Assembly: GCA_965645245.1 (NCBI GenBank)
Contig: OZ287070.1
Location: 1,488,001 to 1,552,000 of the forward strand
DNA length: 64,000 bases
Direction of reading: 5' to 3'
Source: Massalongia carnosa
Lineage: Eukaryota
The notes under the pieces were generated by a model, which saw only the letters and a list, made by a program, of their open reading frames with translations, was not told the origin of the DNA and searched no databases. A program made the position numbers and the translations under genes. Positions 24,954 through 38,985 of the stretch are shown here, one piece after another. The stretch's first letter is position 1; each line of letters starts with the position of its first letter.

Positions 24954-25167
24954 GCAGCTTTAAGCACACCGTGAGGAATATCTACCTTGTTACGGGAATT
25001 ATCAAGACTTCGTATGATTTCGTAAGTTGTGCAATCTTTATCAGCACACTTGTGCACTTGTGCATTTGTGCATTGTGCATACATCAATAACTGATCACAT
25101 TCTTCATGTAAGGTGTGAATCCTTAACACTCAAGTAAAGGGGGCTAGGAAACGTAAAGATTCTCCAT

Positions 25168-26510
25168 ATGCTGAAGTCACGAACGGTAACGAGAATTCCG
25201 ATTCGGCAGTTTAGTTGTAGTGGGCCGAGTAAGTGTGCAGGCACTCTGCACTCCTCCACTCTGGATCCCCACCAACCCTCCCCCCTCACCCGGTTCACAG
25301 TCAAAAACACATCAACGTCTCGCGTACAACAAGTTACTCGGCATTTTTTTTCTTCACACCCATCTTCAAAGGCCAAGATGTCTTCATCCGGCGGGTACAG
25401 CGTGAGAAAGAACGGTGCTCCTAATACACTTGAGCATCGCATCTACATTGAAAAGGATGGAGTGCCAGTTTCACCGTTCCACGATATCCCTCTCTATGCC
25501 AACGAGCAGCAGACTGTGCTCAATATGATCGTGGAGATCCCCAGGTGGACTAACGCCAAAATGGAGGTAAATTATACCACAAGACTCTTCTGTGGAGGGC
25601 TTTCAATGGCACACACAGTCTGTAGAAATTTTGTTTGGCTGATTTTTGGCTCAGATCTCCAAGGAGGAACCCTTGAACCCAATCAAACAAGATATTAAAA
25701 AGGGCAAGCTCCGCTATGTCCGCAACTGCTTTCCCCACAAAGGCTACCTTTGGAACTACGGTGCTTTCCCTCAAGTATAGCCTCTCGCAAGCAATGTTGG
25801 TTATTCGACTTATGACATGACTACAGACCTGGGAAGACCCTAACGTAGTCCACCCCGAGACCAAAGCCAAGGGTGACAATGATCCCCTTGATGTTTGCGA
25901 GATTGGCGAGCTTGTTGCCACGCCCGGTCAGATCAAACAAGTCAAGGTCCTCGGGGTCATGGCGCTGCTTGATGAGGAAGAAACTGATTGGAAAATCATT
26001 GTCATTGATATCAACGATCCGTTGGCACCAAGGCTCAACGATATCGAGGATGTTGAGAGGCACCTTCCGGGACTCTTAAGGGCCACGAACGAGTGGTTCC
26101 GCATTTACAAGATTCCAGACGGAAAGCCAGAGAATCAATTCGCTTTCTCTGGTGAATGCAAAAATAAGAAGTCTGTGATGTCTCATTCCTAAAAGAAAGG
26201 TCGAATGCTAAGATCTGTTATGAAGATACGCCACAGATATCGTCCGTGAATGTGCCGAGGCTTGGGAGAAACTCATCACTGGCAAAACTCAACGTGGCAA
26301 AATAGCTCTGTACGCAAACCACAACTTGTATGATGAGACTAGATTAGAAAAATTTACTGACTCTGCCTTAGCGCTAATGTCACCGTTCACCATTCCCCTG
26401 ACCGCGAAGAGCCCAACTCTCGTAATATCAAAAGGAATGAAGATCTGTCTCCGGCACCCATTGACGGGATATACGACAAATGGTTCTTCATCTCTGGTGC
26501 CACCGTATAA
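25168..26510 (+). CDS. IPP1: Family I inorganic pyrophosphatase, 5 exons, with N-terminal extension (second ATG at 25378)
   Basis: [76 protein letters not shown] (TAA 26508-26510). Confidence 0.96.
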
Positions 26511-26735
26511 GCAAACAGCATTGCTAACAGTGAGGACTCGTGCTTGATTGATAGAATAAACCGACCAATGCCCCTTTTTGCATGTAGCTTTTGCTGGTGC
26601 AGGAAGAGGGAATTTTGGGCCGCCTTGCCAGGCATGAACTTTCAATATAAAACAAAAGCTTTCAGCTGTTGTACACAACTTAATTCCTTAACGCTAAGAT
26701 TTAGTGTGATAAAATTGGAGTATCATGGAGACTCA

Positions 26736-27111
26736 TCAACTGCCTGTCAACTCCTCTTTTCGATTTAGCATTCTTGAATGCCTTCCAACATCATCCTTGA
26801 TATCTTGGATAGTGATGGCACTCGTGTCCCACTGCATCTCTTTACCATCCTCTATCGGTCAATCGATTAGTTTTGTCGTAATTGATCTAATGATGGCTGG
26901 CTAGCCCTCGATGAATGAGGAACCAAAACGTACTAAACTTCACATTCAAAAAACCCGATTCTGTGCTATCGCGAGGCAGCACCTTGACATTGATTTTCAT
27001 AGTTTGCCGCGCGTTGACTGGCAAGTAGGCTAAGAAAGTCCGGCATGGTTTACTATGCGCCTTGAACGGATTGAATTTCGTGGAGACTTCGGTGAAGAAT
27101 TTGCTGATCAT
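26736..27111 (-). CDS. MRPL44: Mitochondrial large-subunit ribosomal protein L44 (mL53), 2 exons
   Basis: MISKFFTEVSTKFNPF...KPCRTFLAYLP...LNVKF / DGKEMQW...IQDIKDDVGRHSRMLNRKEELTGS*. Confidence 0.85.
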
Positions 27112-27374
27112 TGCGGCAATGGTCTGCAATCAAGAGTGCAGGCAGTCTAGTTGTTTCAGCATGTACTTTGTATAAGGATTGTGAAAGAGCTTCGTTGACC
27201 TTGTATCTAGAGACAGTAAATCAGAGTTGAAAGCATATATGGTGATAACTTGCTGCATCTATAGTGATTCTTCAGTTCAGTGGTAGATCATTCTCGGAAG
27301 TTGCCGCCCGTATCGTCATCGACAATTCGAACTTTAGCTTAACTTTCGCATTATGAATTGTATGATGATTTGAG

Positions 27375-28797
27375 ATGAACACGCAAAAGCTTAAAGCGCG
27401 TCTTACTCCGCTATTCGAAGCCCATAAGCAAACTCTCCATCTAATCTACCGCCTTTCAAAGCTTCCCATTCAACCAGGTTCTAGCCCTTTAAACCCAGAG
27501 GCGGCCGATGCCCGTGTTGAGCTTAGCGCTGAGATCCATCAGAGCTTGAAAGAGCAGGAAGAAGAATTTGAACTGCTGCGACAGGAATTTGAGGATCAAG
27601 CCGATCGTGGGAGCTGGGCGCCCGCTACGAGAAGACGAGATAGTGTAGTGGATAAGGAACGTGCAGGATTAGCAGCTCAGATTACTCGATTGGGGGAGGA
27701 TCTAAGATCGTGAGCTATGGAAGCCACGTTCACTGAAAGGAGAAGCTAATGGGCTGGTTATAGGGCTCGTACGCAATTTAGGAAAGCCCAGCTTCAAGCC
27801 AAAAGGAACGCTGAGGCCGCTAAACGAAAGGAGCGAGAACTTCTTTTCGAGGGCGTTCAGGAAGGGACGTACAAGGCAGGCCAAGGCCGGCGGCGAGGGC
27901 AAGAAAAACTATCTCAAGATGAGCTGCTGCTGAATGCTTCGAATGATGTGACGGCTGCTTTGCGAGAAACACATGCGTTGATGCAATCGGAGGTCTCCCG
28001 GAGCCAATTCGCACACGATACTCTACGTAAGCCCTATTCCTGTACACAGAAATGCCCTGAGATATGAAGAGCTGATGAGTCACTCTGCTGCGAAAGAACA
28101 ATCCACAGCCGCGTTATCCACGCTTTCCGAATCATACAGCAATTTAAATACTCTCTTATCCTCCTCCCGCAGCCTTGTTTCCAGCCTCTTGCACTCGCAA
28201 AAATCGGATACCTGGTACCTTGAGAGCGCCTTCTGGCTCCTCGTCACTACAATTGTCTGGCTGGTGTTCCGACGCATTCTTTACGGACCAGGCTGGTGGC
28301 TGCTCTACTTTCCCACAAAACAGGTGTGGAAGCTGACAACTGCGCTTATTCGATTTTCATTTGGAGCTTCCGCGGCCCTCGTGGGGGTCGTTGGACAATC
28401 GAGTCAGAAGATTGCAGCGTCTGAAATTTCAGAAAGCATCCCGACGAGCCTGATTGTACAGCCGAGTGCGTCAGGAGGGATCCCAAAGTTCTATCAAAGC
28501 ATGTCAGCGCCCACGATAGCCGTTGGTGCCGGAGGCGCTGGGGCCAAAGATCAGCAGTACCTACTGCCTCAGGCAGATGGTAAGAGCATGACAGAGGAGA
28601 TAGGGAAGCTGGTGGAGGAAAGCAGAGATGCGGAGAACCTGGATGTAGGGGTTGTAGAGAAAGATTCGCCAGAGGCGCCCCAGGGTACGACGTTAAGGGA
28701 GAGAAACAACGATGAGCCACCGAACCCGAAGAAGCGGATGTGGGAGGAACTGCCTAATCCCCCTGCTCAAGGAGAGCGATCAAGAGACGAGCTCTGA
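27375..28797 (+). CDS. SEC20: Sec20-domain ER SNARE, 3 exons
   Basis: RVELSAEIHQSLKEQEEEFE; ARTQFRKAQLQAKRN; ASNDVTAALRETHALMQSEVSRSQFAHDTL; QSTAALSTLSESY; KSDTWYLESAFWLLVTTIVWLVFRRILYGP transmembrane segment. Confidence 0.88.
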
Positions 28798-29837
28798 ATC
28801 GCCCTGTTATCTTTTCGTCGGGTTCTCGCTTTCAACCCCTCCCGTAACGTCTCAAGCAATTGCCAATCCGCTGTTATCCCCTCAGGCAACCACCTTCATT
28901 CAATTACAGTCATGAAAACACATCAAAACTCCTTATCTCCGCACCACAACTCCCCAGCTCCGTTTTCATCAAATCACCTAGCTACCTACATACAGCATAT
29001 ATGTTGTTATTGCACTATCCCTGCCATACATATATACATACATAAAGACCAATCCACAATCTCCCTCCCCCGCAGCTCCTTATTTCCTTTTAGTTACCTA
29101 TTCAACAAGTCATCAAAACTTCAGTTTTGTCCCAATACATTCCCCTCCCTCTTCCCAAAGGGTCCAGGACCGGTAACGACCATGGGAATGAAACACAAGG
29201 ATGAGCCGGCCTTTTGCAAGGAGAGAGAGGGAGGGGGTTGGGTTGGGTTGGAATGGAATAGGTAAAGGTAATCTTATGCTAGGTGGGGTGGGTGCATGTA
29301 TCTAAGGGAGGGGCAGGCGGGTGTTTGAGCAGTTATCACAGAAAGAGGAAGAGGGGAAGGGGAGGGATAGGGGGATATCAATAATATACAGGTACATGTA
29401 TGAGTTGATACATAGTTACGTACATATATGCAAGAGTACATGGCCCGTCTCTCTTGATTAGGTATAACTAGTACACTCGATCGATCGATCAGGGGCCGAT
29501 CAAGATTTAAGATATGCATCGGGGAAGCTCAACGCAGAGAGAGAGACAGCACAGCACAGCACATAGCTCTCTACCGTATCTACCTATCTATGCAGATTCA
29601 AAAACCGCACACATCATCGCCCCATGCGTCCCGAGGCGAGCGATGGGGAAGCTAACCGACGCGGGTAGCTTAGGCGTCGCACGGGTCGAAAACAGAGAAA
29701 GGGGGCGGGGCATGTGTGTTTGGATGGTTCCGCATTACGTTATGTGTTGCCTGGTTCCAATAGACGTTAAAGCTGTTGATGATGTCTTTGCCCATATACG
29801 TCGCTTCATGAAATTGTGCTACGTACCCCTCCCCGAC

Positions 29838-32800
29838 TCACTTGGCTTCGCTTTCCTCCCCTTTTAGCTGTTTCAGTATCATCTCCTCAATAGCCTTGGC
29901 ACCTTGCTTTTCCGCTTTCTTGTCGTCGACTTCCGGTCCCGCGTCGTCCACCCCGGCTACGCGATCATCCAGAGCCAGCTTCGTCTCCCCAAGCGCATGT
30001 ATTTGCTCTTCAATCGTCCCCCTCGTGACTAATCTGATGACCTCCACCTCACGCTTCTGACCCACGCGATGCGCGCGATTCTCGGCCTGGATATCGTCTT
30101 GCGGGTTGAAACCGGAGTCAAAGATGATGACCTTGTTGGCGCATGCGAGATTGATGCCCGCGCCGCCAGCCTTGGTGGAGAGCAGGAAGACGGTAATATC
30201 TTCTTCTGCGTAGAATTGATCGATCATGTCCTGGCGCTCGTCAATCTTGGTTTGCCCGTCCAGGCGAAAAAAGCGGATACTGAGAGTCTCCAGCACCGCT
30301 TCGAGGATGTTCATGACCATGGTGAACTGCGAGAAGACGAGGACCCGATCACCGTTTTCCTTGAAAGCGATTAGCAGATCGCATAACTTGCTGACTTTGC
30401 CGGAATCCATCCATTCATTGTTCTTAAGCGCAAAATCTGACATGGTAGACGAGTACTTTTCGCTGAATCCATGCAGCTCGAAATCAGTCATCACCGTCAT
30501 GTCCTCGTAGACCAGATCAACATTGCTCTCACAGAACTCCTCCTCTCCAAGACATGCTTTGGACATTTTGGAAATGATCTTATCGTGGTACAAGTGACGG
30601 AAGAGCAAAGAATGAATGGAAGCCTTCCTCAAGGCCATCATGATATTGGCTGTGTCGTTATTTGTTTTTTTACCTGCCGCCCTTTCCTCGATGACCTTAA
30701 GTGCTTTCGCTTTTTCACTTTCGTAAATTTTCACCTGTGATTGAGATAGCTCACAATATTCCATGCGTCTCGTTTTCTTTGGCAGATGCTTCAGGACTTG
30801 GTGCTTCTTTCTTCGCAGGACGAACGGGGTCATCATTGACTTTGCTCGTGCAATGCGCTGGACTGAGAGTAGCGCTGCATGTGATTCGTCGGTCGTCTTT
30901 GCTTTGTGGCTGAATATGTATTCAAGGTCGCCGCTGTGTGCTCGAAAAACGGATGGAAGGATAAACCCGAGCAGAGACGCAAGCTCGCTAAGGTTATTTT
31001 GCAGCGGAGTTCCGGTTAAGAGAAGACGGAATTTTGCAGGAATACGCATTAGTTGATCATAACCCGCGGACTTGCTGTTCTTTAAGATATGTCCTTCGTC
31101 ATATACGCATACCTATAACCAAGCAGATTAGCTTATGCAAACTTAAACCAAATGGTAGGAGAATGAATAACTTACCACAGGTTTGAGACTGCGGAGAAAT
31201 CTGTTATCTTCTTTTCGTTTTGCCATACCGTATGTAGTGACGATCACATTGAGATTCTCCAGGCTCTCCTCGATCTGTTCTCGGACATCGAATCTTTCCT
31301 TTAAGTTTGCTTGAAAGTTCGTCGTTAGTCCTTTCGCTATTCAGCTAAACCAGAGACAACTCACCATAATATGGCATTACTGTAAGACCTGGACAAAAGA
31401 TAGAAAACTCTCGCAACCAATTCTCCAATGTAGAGCCCGGCACAACAACCAAGTGCGGCCCCTTTATACCTTTTTCCAACAGATGTGCCAAAAAAGCAAT
31501 GACCTGACATGTCTTTCCCAAGCCCATATCATCGGCCAAAATGCAGCTCAAATTCTTTTGGAAAAGTAAATAAAGCCAGTTAACACCAACAACTTGATAG
31601 TCTTTAAGAACAACCCCTTCTCCCATGATTTCAGGTTGAGGAAAGAATACCTTTCTTCCCTGCTCGAGCAATGCTTTTGCTTCTGTACTAACGGTCTCCT
31701 CCGCTGATAATTCTACACTGTTTGGCGTGCCGATTCCAGAATCTTGGATAGATCCTTCGGATTGAATATCACCAGGTATCTTGTCAAAGCTGACAATCTC
31801 TAACTCGCTGTCTTTTGCAACTCCGAACACGTCCACGCCCCATTTCTTCATTTCGTCTGCTACCGGCTTCCCTAGAGCTTCGCATTGACGAACCAGAGTA
31901 TCGACGGCTTCATAGCCGGTCCACATGTCAATACATTTGTCGACAATCTTCTCCCCAATTGGCTTCTTAGCCTTTCTCTTAGTTCCAGCGTTCGAAACAT
32001 CAGTTGCTTGCCTTGCTTCATCCAGGCTTCGAAAAGGTTTTTGGGATAGCAGCATAGTGGCAAGGTCATCGGAAATGGCAGCTATGTCGACAAGATCGGG
32101 CGTAGAGCAGGTATTCAGGAATGACAATACCTTAGTTTCTATCTCGGCGTCTCTGTCTGATTCTGCTCCCAGTCCAGAATCGGAGTCGTCTGAGTCGGGC
32201 GTGAGGGTCCTTGTTGACGGAGTTGATGAAGGTTTCGTATGGAGAGGAGAGGGTTGCCTCTTTCGACCTTGAACAAGCCGTCTCCTCGGCTTTGGCACAG
32301 TTGGAGACGAAACCAAGGGGTGAGTGGGTTTGGAAATGGTCTGCGTAGCCGTCCATCGTTCTTGAATAGACTGAACAGGAGCCTTGATTTGCTGCTTGGC
32401 GAGTATCTTCTTCTGTTTCGCAGGCTGGCTAGTCGACTGATCATTGTCGGAAACAGTGAGATCTATCTCTTGTGGTAGCGTTTCCTGCATGGTCAAAAGC
32501 TCGAGCGCGTCGTCATAATTGCCTTTTTTTGCCATGAGGGCCGATTTGCAAGCCTGCACGGAATGCTGAGGAAGTATACGCTGCATCCCTTCAATCTTAG
32601 ACCGCAACTGATAGTCTCCAATGTCATCAAGAGTCATCTCATTTACTAATTGGGCTTTTGCAGGACCAGCTTGTGACGGGCGAACCTGCCTGGCGGGCCG
32701 ACTAGAGCCTCCATAAGCATTGGCCATGATATCTGCAGAACGTTTGCTAGAAGCAGTGAACCTCGAGGATGTGTGGCTTTCATCCCTGTTCCTAGAGTCA

Positions 32801-33495
32801 TACACTGAGCCTGACAATGTCGATCCCTGCCCCTTGGCCTTGTTGCTATTGAAAGGTTTGTAGAAAGCCCCGGATGTGATTTCCTGGAACCGGGCTGCAC
32901 CATTCGCCGTATCAGATGGACGGTTCTTAGCAGCATTTCCACTAGATAGCCGTTGTGCGGACTGGATGAATGTAGATGGTTTGATGTCAGCTCTCAAACC
33001 TCTCTGCAGTTCGTCATCGGAAGAATCCCCACGATAGGTAGGCCCTTCATCGTCACTAAGATCTATTATTGGAGGTTTTGTAACGCCCAATGGAGGACGA
33101 AATGCTGTTCCAGCAGGTGCCATAGCACAAGCTAGTTTTCCACTGTACTCATTCACAGCTGTAGTCCTGGGTGAACATAGGGCGGCCATCCTGGCTGGTG
33201 AAGAGGCTGCAACCTGCACGACAGATGGCTTTCGACCGCTGCTGTCCAGTCCTGGTGTCTCTCTTCTGATGATCTGTGTTGGCTGCGTCACATGCGCTGC
33301 CGGAGATGAAAGTAGGTCTGGTGATGTTCGCTTTGGTAGTGATCGTCGAATAGGAATGGTCGCGATAGTCTCAAAATCGTTGAAAAAGTCATCAACGCTG
33401 TCACCTTGCGAGTCGTATGCTTGACCATTTGTCACGTACCCTGTCTGCATTTTCCTTCTCTTCAATGGAGTCTCCTGGACCGAATCCATAACCAT
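29838..33495 (-). CDS. FUN30: SNF2-family chromatin remodeller Fun30/SMARCAD1 type, 4 exons
   Basis: LKDYQVVGVNW; ILADDMGLGKTCQ; VPGSTLENWLRE; YDEGHILKN; LLTGTPLQNNL; DSGKV; VFSQF; RLDGQT; LLSTKAGGAGINL; QAENRAHRVGQ; CUE-like N-terminal segment. Confidence 0.92.
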
Positions 33496-33930
33496 TGATA
33501 AGAATGGTAACAGCGTATAGGACCGTAAAGCTTTGGCAAGTAAGAAGACGTGTCAATGAATAGTGGCTATGGAAAGTATCTTGCGGGCAGAGGAGCGAGA
33601 ACTATGGAAACACGATGATCATTCTGGCGCTCTGGGAGGGAAAAGGTATTCATCAAACAAAGATTGTAGACTGCATATCCCGAGCCGAAACTATGTCTAG
33701 TGGACGTTGGCAAAGAAAGTCAAGGGGGATTCTTCGTTGCCACCAAGAGAAAATAAGGTTTTAAGTTCCGCGACAAGCAAAAACCACTTTACGTGCACGC
33801 GTGTTTAGATATGTGAAAACGCGCTAGAGACTGACAGGCTTCACTCCCGCACTTGGTCCACAGTCAGTCTTATTCGTGCAGCCGGCAGCTTCTTCTGCTG
33901 AATGTCCTACGTACTTGACATCAAGCAAAG

Positions 33931-34410
33931 ATGACTTCGCGGAGGATCATATCAAATGAAAGGACCAATTCAGACAAAGCTGAGCAAGTCGGTCATCCTC
34001 CCGGTGCCTCAGAAAAGTCCAGCATAGCCCCCGCTGTTCCTGCGTGAGTTCTACTCCAAACTTTACGGCATCGACCTAGTTGGCCTGACCAAATCATGGC
34101 CTGACTGGTGTATTTTCATTTCAGAGCTGTCATATATAAACTGCTGGGATTTACTTTGGCCATGATTACGGGGCCAATTGGTACATATTTTCTCACTCTA
34201 AATACAATCTTTCAAGGTCTGTTCCTGCCTGGCCGTGCAAATCGCTTCAAAGCTTTATGGCTGAGTGATTTAATAGGAAACTCAACCTTTGCGGGAGCAA
34301 CAGCGGCATTGATGGCAAATATCGTGCTCATAGCTTATGTTTTCGTAGCAATAAAGGAGGACGAGAGTGAGAAACTAGCAGCTCAAGAGAAGGCCAAAAA
34401 GGGGGAATGA
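33931..34410 (+). CDS. VMA21: V-ATPase assembly factor Vma21, 3 exons
   Basis: MTSRRIIS...SIAPAVP/AVIYKLLGFTLAMITGPIGTYF/GNSTFAGATAALMANIVLIAYVFVAIKED; C-terminal KKGE di-lysine ER-retrieval motif. Confidence 0.92.
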
Positions 34411-34987
34411 ACGTCCTTTTCCGTTTATCTTTTCCAGTTTATTCTTCACATTTCTCCCTAAATCTAATACCTATATCGATGGCGCACTGTCATACTTTTC
34501 ACTAGAAGAGTTCGGCGTCAGTGTTGTTAAGGCAGGTACACAGTACTCTCTAATGCAGGTACATAGTGCTCTTTAGAGGTCCGCCCCGTCCATGCTAGGC
34601 TATTTGCAAACTAGAGAGCGAACTGTCAACAAGGACGGTTCTTCATCGGTTTTACTACAGTTGGATCTGATGAACATATAAGAACCGTGGATGCACATCG
34701 AGATAAATGCTGACCCTGGTTCATTATATTTCCTATCTGTACGGCTTCCAGGAGGTATTTTCAATCTCTACGGAAGCGCAAGCCTTTAGTCAAGCATGAT
34801 GTCCGACACCAAAAGCTAGCCTCCAGACGCCAACCATGCTGATCATGACCAAAATGCATTGCGTGACCCATTAGGCATTACCCCCCGATCTAGTATGCAG
34901 CATCCTGCATCCGTCTATACTAAACGCTCTCCAAACTGCTTCCAAACCAAATCCACTTCCCTGCGTTGAAGAGGTATGCGTCATCTA

Positions 34988-36447
34988 CTACCCTTTGCTA
35001 AACCTCTTTTTGAGCCAGCCTTTCCGCTTTTCGCTACTGACAGGCGGTGACAATTTACTCGGAGGCGAACTTCCCAGCTTGATAGGCATCCTCGACACAT
35101 TTTCTTTAGGTGGAAGATGCGGTGAGTGGACGTTGGAGGCTCCGTTGCCCTGATACGGTTTGCCGCCCCCTGACTTCATTTGCGATTGACCATACCCGGG
35201 TTGGCCATAAGCAGGAGTGCCTTGGCCATGCTCTTCGAGTATTGGCCCTTCAAATTGGGGGGCACCGCCAAAACCATTAAACCCGTATACTTCCGCAAGA
35301 TCTGGCTTTGATGCTTGTTGAACTCTGTCGATGGAGCTGTTCTCACTGCTTGGATCCGTCGAGGTTCCCCATTGATCCGTACCATGGCTCTCATTTGCAG
35401 AGTTAGATCCTCCCGTATCGTAAGACTGCTGATAACCATGCGAATGGTAGGTGTTTTGGCTGTTGTGACCAAATAGTGCTGGATCAGAGTTCATCCGCTG
35501 GCTTAGCCGCCGCCCGTTATTGTATTGAACTGGTGCTGGTGCATAATTGTCGATGTAGCTTTCAGGTCTTGAAGGCATACGATTACCGTAGTAACCTCCT
35601 CCGTCTCCTTGAGGACGTTGTCGTGGATTATAGCCTAGATCCAAACGATTAGTAATCGTAATAGCGTGCCTTCGTTTTAGAAGGAACTGAAAGGTCGCTT
35701 AGGGGGGACGCGCGGTCTGAAAGTAGTCGGCAATGCATGACGAAAATCTGCGACATGGTACAGGGAAGTTTGAAAGCGTTGGGTAAATTTTTGATAAATC
35801 CAAAGTAAAATGAAGCGATAGTGGAGAATACAGCCTTTACCTTGATAATAACTGTTCCTGCGGTTCTGAGGGGTGCCATTATCAGTCTCTATGGGAGTAA
35901 ATTAGTATTTCTATGTGAAAACCCCCCAAAAAAGCTCCGTACCAACTCGAGAAAACGATCTTTGATCATAAGCGCCATTGATTGCTGCTTCGAACGAACG
36001 GATAGTATCCAACGGACGTTCGAACCTGGGCCTTGTGGGATTTGATCGATCAGGATCAGCTGCGAGATTGTTAGCCTTTCGTAGCTTTCAATCCGTGGCG
36101 ACAATGTCCCCCTACTTATGATATCACCATTTGCATCACGGTGCTGGATCGCCCGGATTGACTCCAGTGTTACCTCCTCGACCGCTAGAGCTGGAAAAAG
36201 TTAGTTGATGGGGGGATTCTAGAATATGAACTAATTAGAAATTTGAATGCTGCTTACAAGGTTGGGCTTCGTTTATAGCTTTCGAAGGGTCTGCTTTTGA
36301 CGTCACCCTATGGGAGGCTTTCTCTTTGGCTGTCTCTGTTAAGTCTGCCCTGGTGAAAGAGCCAATGCTCTTGCGATTCTTATTGCTCGTGAAGCTCAAC
36401 ATTGACTTGGTACGAGGCTTGCGTTGGCGTTCCGGTGATTCGGCCAT
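34988..36447 (-). CDS. DUF2406-type conserved fungal protein, 5 exons
   Basis: KADPSKAINEAQP; SIRAIQHRDANGDII; DPDRSNPTRPRFERPLDTIRSFEAAI; micro-exon NRRNSYYQ; C-terminal EKRKGWLKKRFSKG*. Confidence 0.85.
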
Positions 36448-38489
36448 GATACAGCACTTTATGTACTGTGCTGACACCTAGTGGAAAGTGTAGAGTGGTT
36501 TTTGTATAAGAATGACTATGAGGTTGGAGAACGAGTGTGTTGTTGGCCGTGCGAGAATAATAGGTAGCAGTGTAAGGACAGGTTGTGGACAGCATTTAAG
36601 ATTTCCGGATTTTGCGGAATAAATTGTCGATCCCAGCCAGACTGCGGTCTTTGGGCTTCAAGCGAACGGAAGGCCTTATGGTAGTCAATAGACCAACTGC
36701 ATCGAAGTAAGCACTATGCTCTATTCAACGAAGCAAGGTGTTGGAGGAACCATACAAGAATAGTATTAATTATGAAGGAAAAGAATATACAGAATACACA
36801 GGGTTGTTCAGTCCTCAGCCCAGGTCGAGTGAAAGAAGGCTGGGGCCAAGGACGATAAGAAAAGCTACGGGTAAAAATCTGGGTTTTTCAACACTAAAAA
36901 GATACTTAACTAGTCCTCTGTACCGCAGCGGCGGTGTTACGTCCGCGCACAGGGATCTCAGCATCTCACTTTGAGACCTTACTTTTAGGTACAGAGTACG
37001 TTCTGGCTTATAAACCAAGAACATACCTACATACAACCTTCGTCTATTTATCGAGATGATAGCCGGTGTACAGAGTGCTCTGATTTTTAAAACCAGTGAT
37101 CTCACCACCAGGAAACATAGATACACGATGTCATTATTTGGCCCACCAGTGGCATGGGCCCACCAGTGGCATGCTTCTTGTGAATGCTTTGTGTGCTGTC
37201 GAATTTATCAGAGGAACCTTCGGCGCTATGCATGGATGTAAAATATCCAGCTTTGTTCAGGTGCAGATCCGAAACAAATTTGACGTACATAATATCCAGG
37301 CCTATTGATAGGGCGAACATTGGACAACGCATAGAAAGTACAGGGTTGTTTTCATACAGGATTTTGTTGCTACGGTATTTAAATGGCCACATCATGACAA
37401 GCTCAAATACAGCGTGCTCCTCCTTCAGCTGCCACAGCTAGCAGCCCTCCTCTTCGGTCATGACGAACCTGAATATTTCGAGACGCGCTAAATCGACGAA
37501 GGGTATAACATAACCCTAACTGATGCACCGAACGACTTTGGAGGTAGGTTACGTCTGAACTGTGCTCTCACTACACCAGAGTTGCCTGGTCGATTAGTCA
37601 GTATGTGGGATCGAAGCCAATAAATACCGGTAAAACTGGGCGTACCATGAGGCCGGGTGACCTTGCCCCAGATTACTCGAATCTTCGTTCCTCGAACCTC
37701 TCGTTGTGCGCGATAGACAAATGCGACCTTCTTGCCAAGATAGAATCTATGAAGGATGAGATGTATTCAACAGACACCGTAATAGAAAGAGCAGGGTAAA
37801 CAGACGTAGCTGCTTTGGGGTCGTCCACGCCCTCAATTTTGATCAAGCTGTAGTCCAGTTCAGCTGCGTTTTTCGACAACGAATCCGCAAACCAGCAAAC
37901 CGACGCACCTAGTTCCAGGATTCGTGTTACGTTTTCCGCGTTGATAGCTGAGATGCCGGCCCCTGGGACACGAGAGAAACGGTTATTTCCCATACTATAG
38001 TCATTCCGTATTCTAGCTTCAACATGAATGCTATAAGTATAAAAAGACTCACTTAACGTATACTAAATTGGGAGTCAGCAAGCTCATGGAAATGCGCTAC
38101 ACATTTGGAGTACTCACATCTATGTCCTGCGTTGGAAGGCATCTTAACCACTCGATCTGAAGAGATGAGAGAGGGGTTTTAAGGGAATCCAGCGCGGCTG
38201 TGAGAGTTAGTGGGAAGAATGGTTGTTGTTGTAATTGATTGATTCCGCTTCGAAATATGAAATATGAAATTGGTAGTGGCCACGCTAGTACGAAGATAGT
38301 TAGAATCCTTTTTTAGGGCTTCCAGCCCTATAGGTTCGGATGCAGCATTACTATCCCTCTCGCTGTTACCCAAGCACCCCCCAAGCTAACCATTATTGGT
38401 TAAGAAGCGCTAAATCTTAATTATCTGACCAATCAATGTGAACCTGATTACCCCTATTTAACAAAAGTTCAAATTTATAGCTATATCAT

Positions 38490-38985
38490 TTACTCGTCCC
38501 AATTCATATGAATAGCTTCCCAACAATTGGCTTTTCTACAGCAGGGCCTGATTGGATGACATCCTCCACAAGCCCATATAGTCTGAGCAACTCTTCGCCT
38601 TTTTATTCGCCCATTAACATCTCTTTCAGCCAGTGGCTGTCCCTTTCGCTTTGAAGGTCGTGTTTTGTTGACTTTACAATGCATACATCTTTGTTTTCTT
38701 TCAAGACGAACGTAATGATGAACGGGAGGTGCTACTAAAGCATCAATCGCGGTGTTAATGCTTACCTTTGGTGGAACGAGCCTGATGCCCGCTTGATTTG
38801 ACACCAATTCGAGGGCAATCTGACGAAGAAACTTGGAACGAGTAAGCTTTTTTTCCTCGAGGTGGAAAGAGTTCATCGAGTAAAGTTTAAACGCGTTCAG
38901 TCCGACTGCATCCAATATAAAATGAATAAAGGCCACCAGTAACGATCCGTACGACGATCGTATGAATAAACCGCCGAGGTTCCAT
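38490..38985 (-). pseudogene. piggyBac-like transposase C-terminal fragment with Cys-rich domain
   Basis: YSYDRRTDRYWWPLF (frameshift) FILDAVGLNAFKLY...RSKFLRQIALEL; RCMHC...TIWACGGC...CCRKANCW. Confidence 0.7.

Noticed and set aside
28900..29830. ORFs and low-complexity TACA/GGGA tracts between SEC20 and FUN30
   Set aside because: Composition fits convergent 3' UTR/terminator sequence; peptides look non-coding
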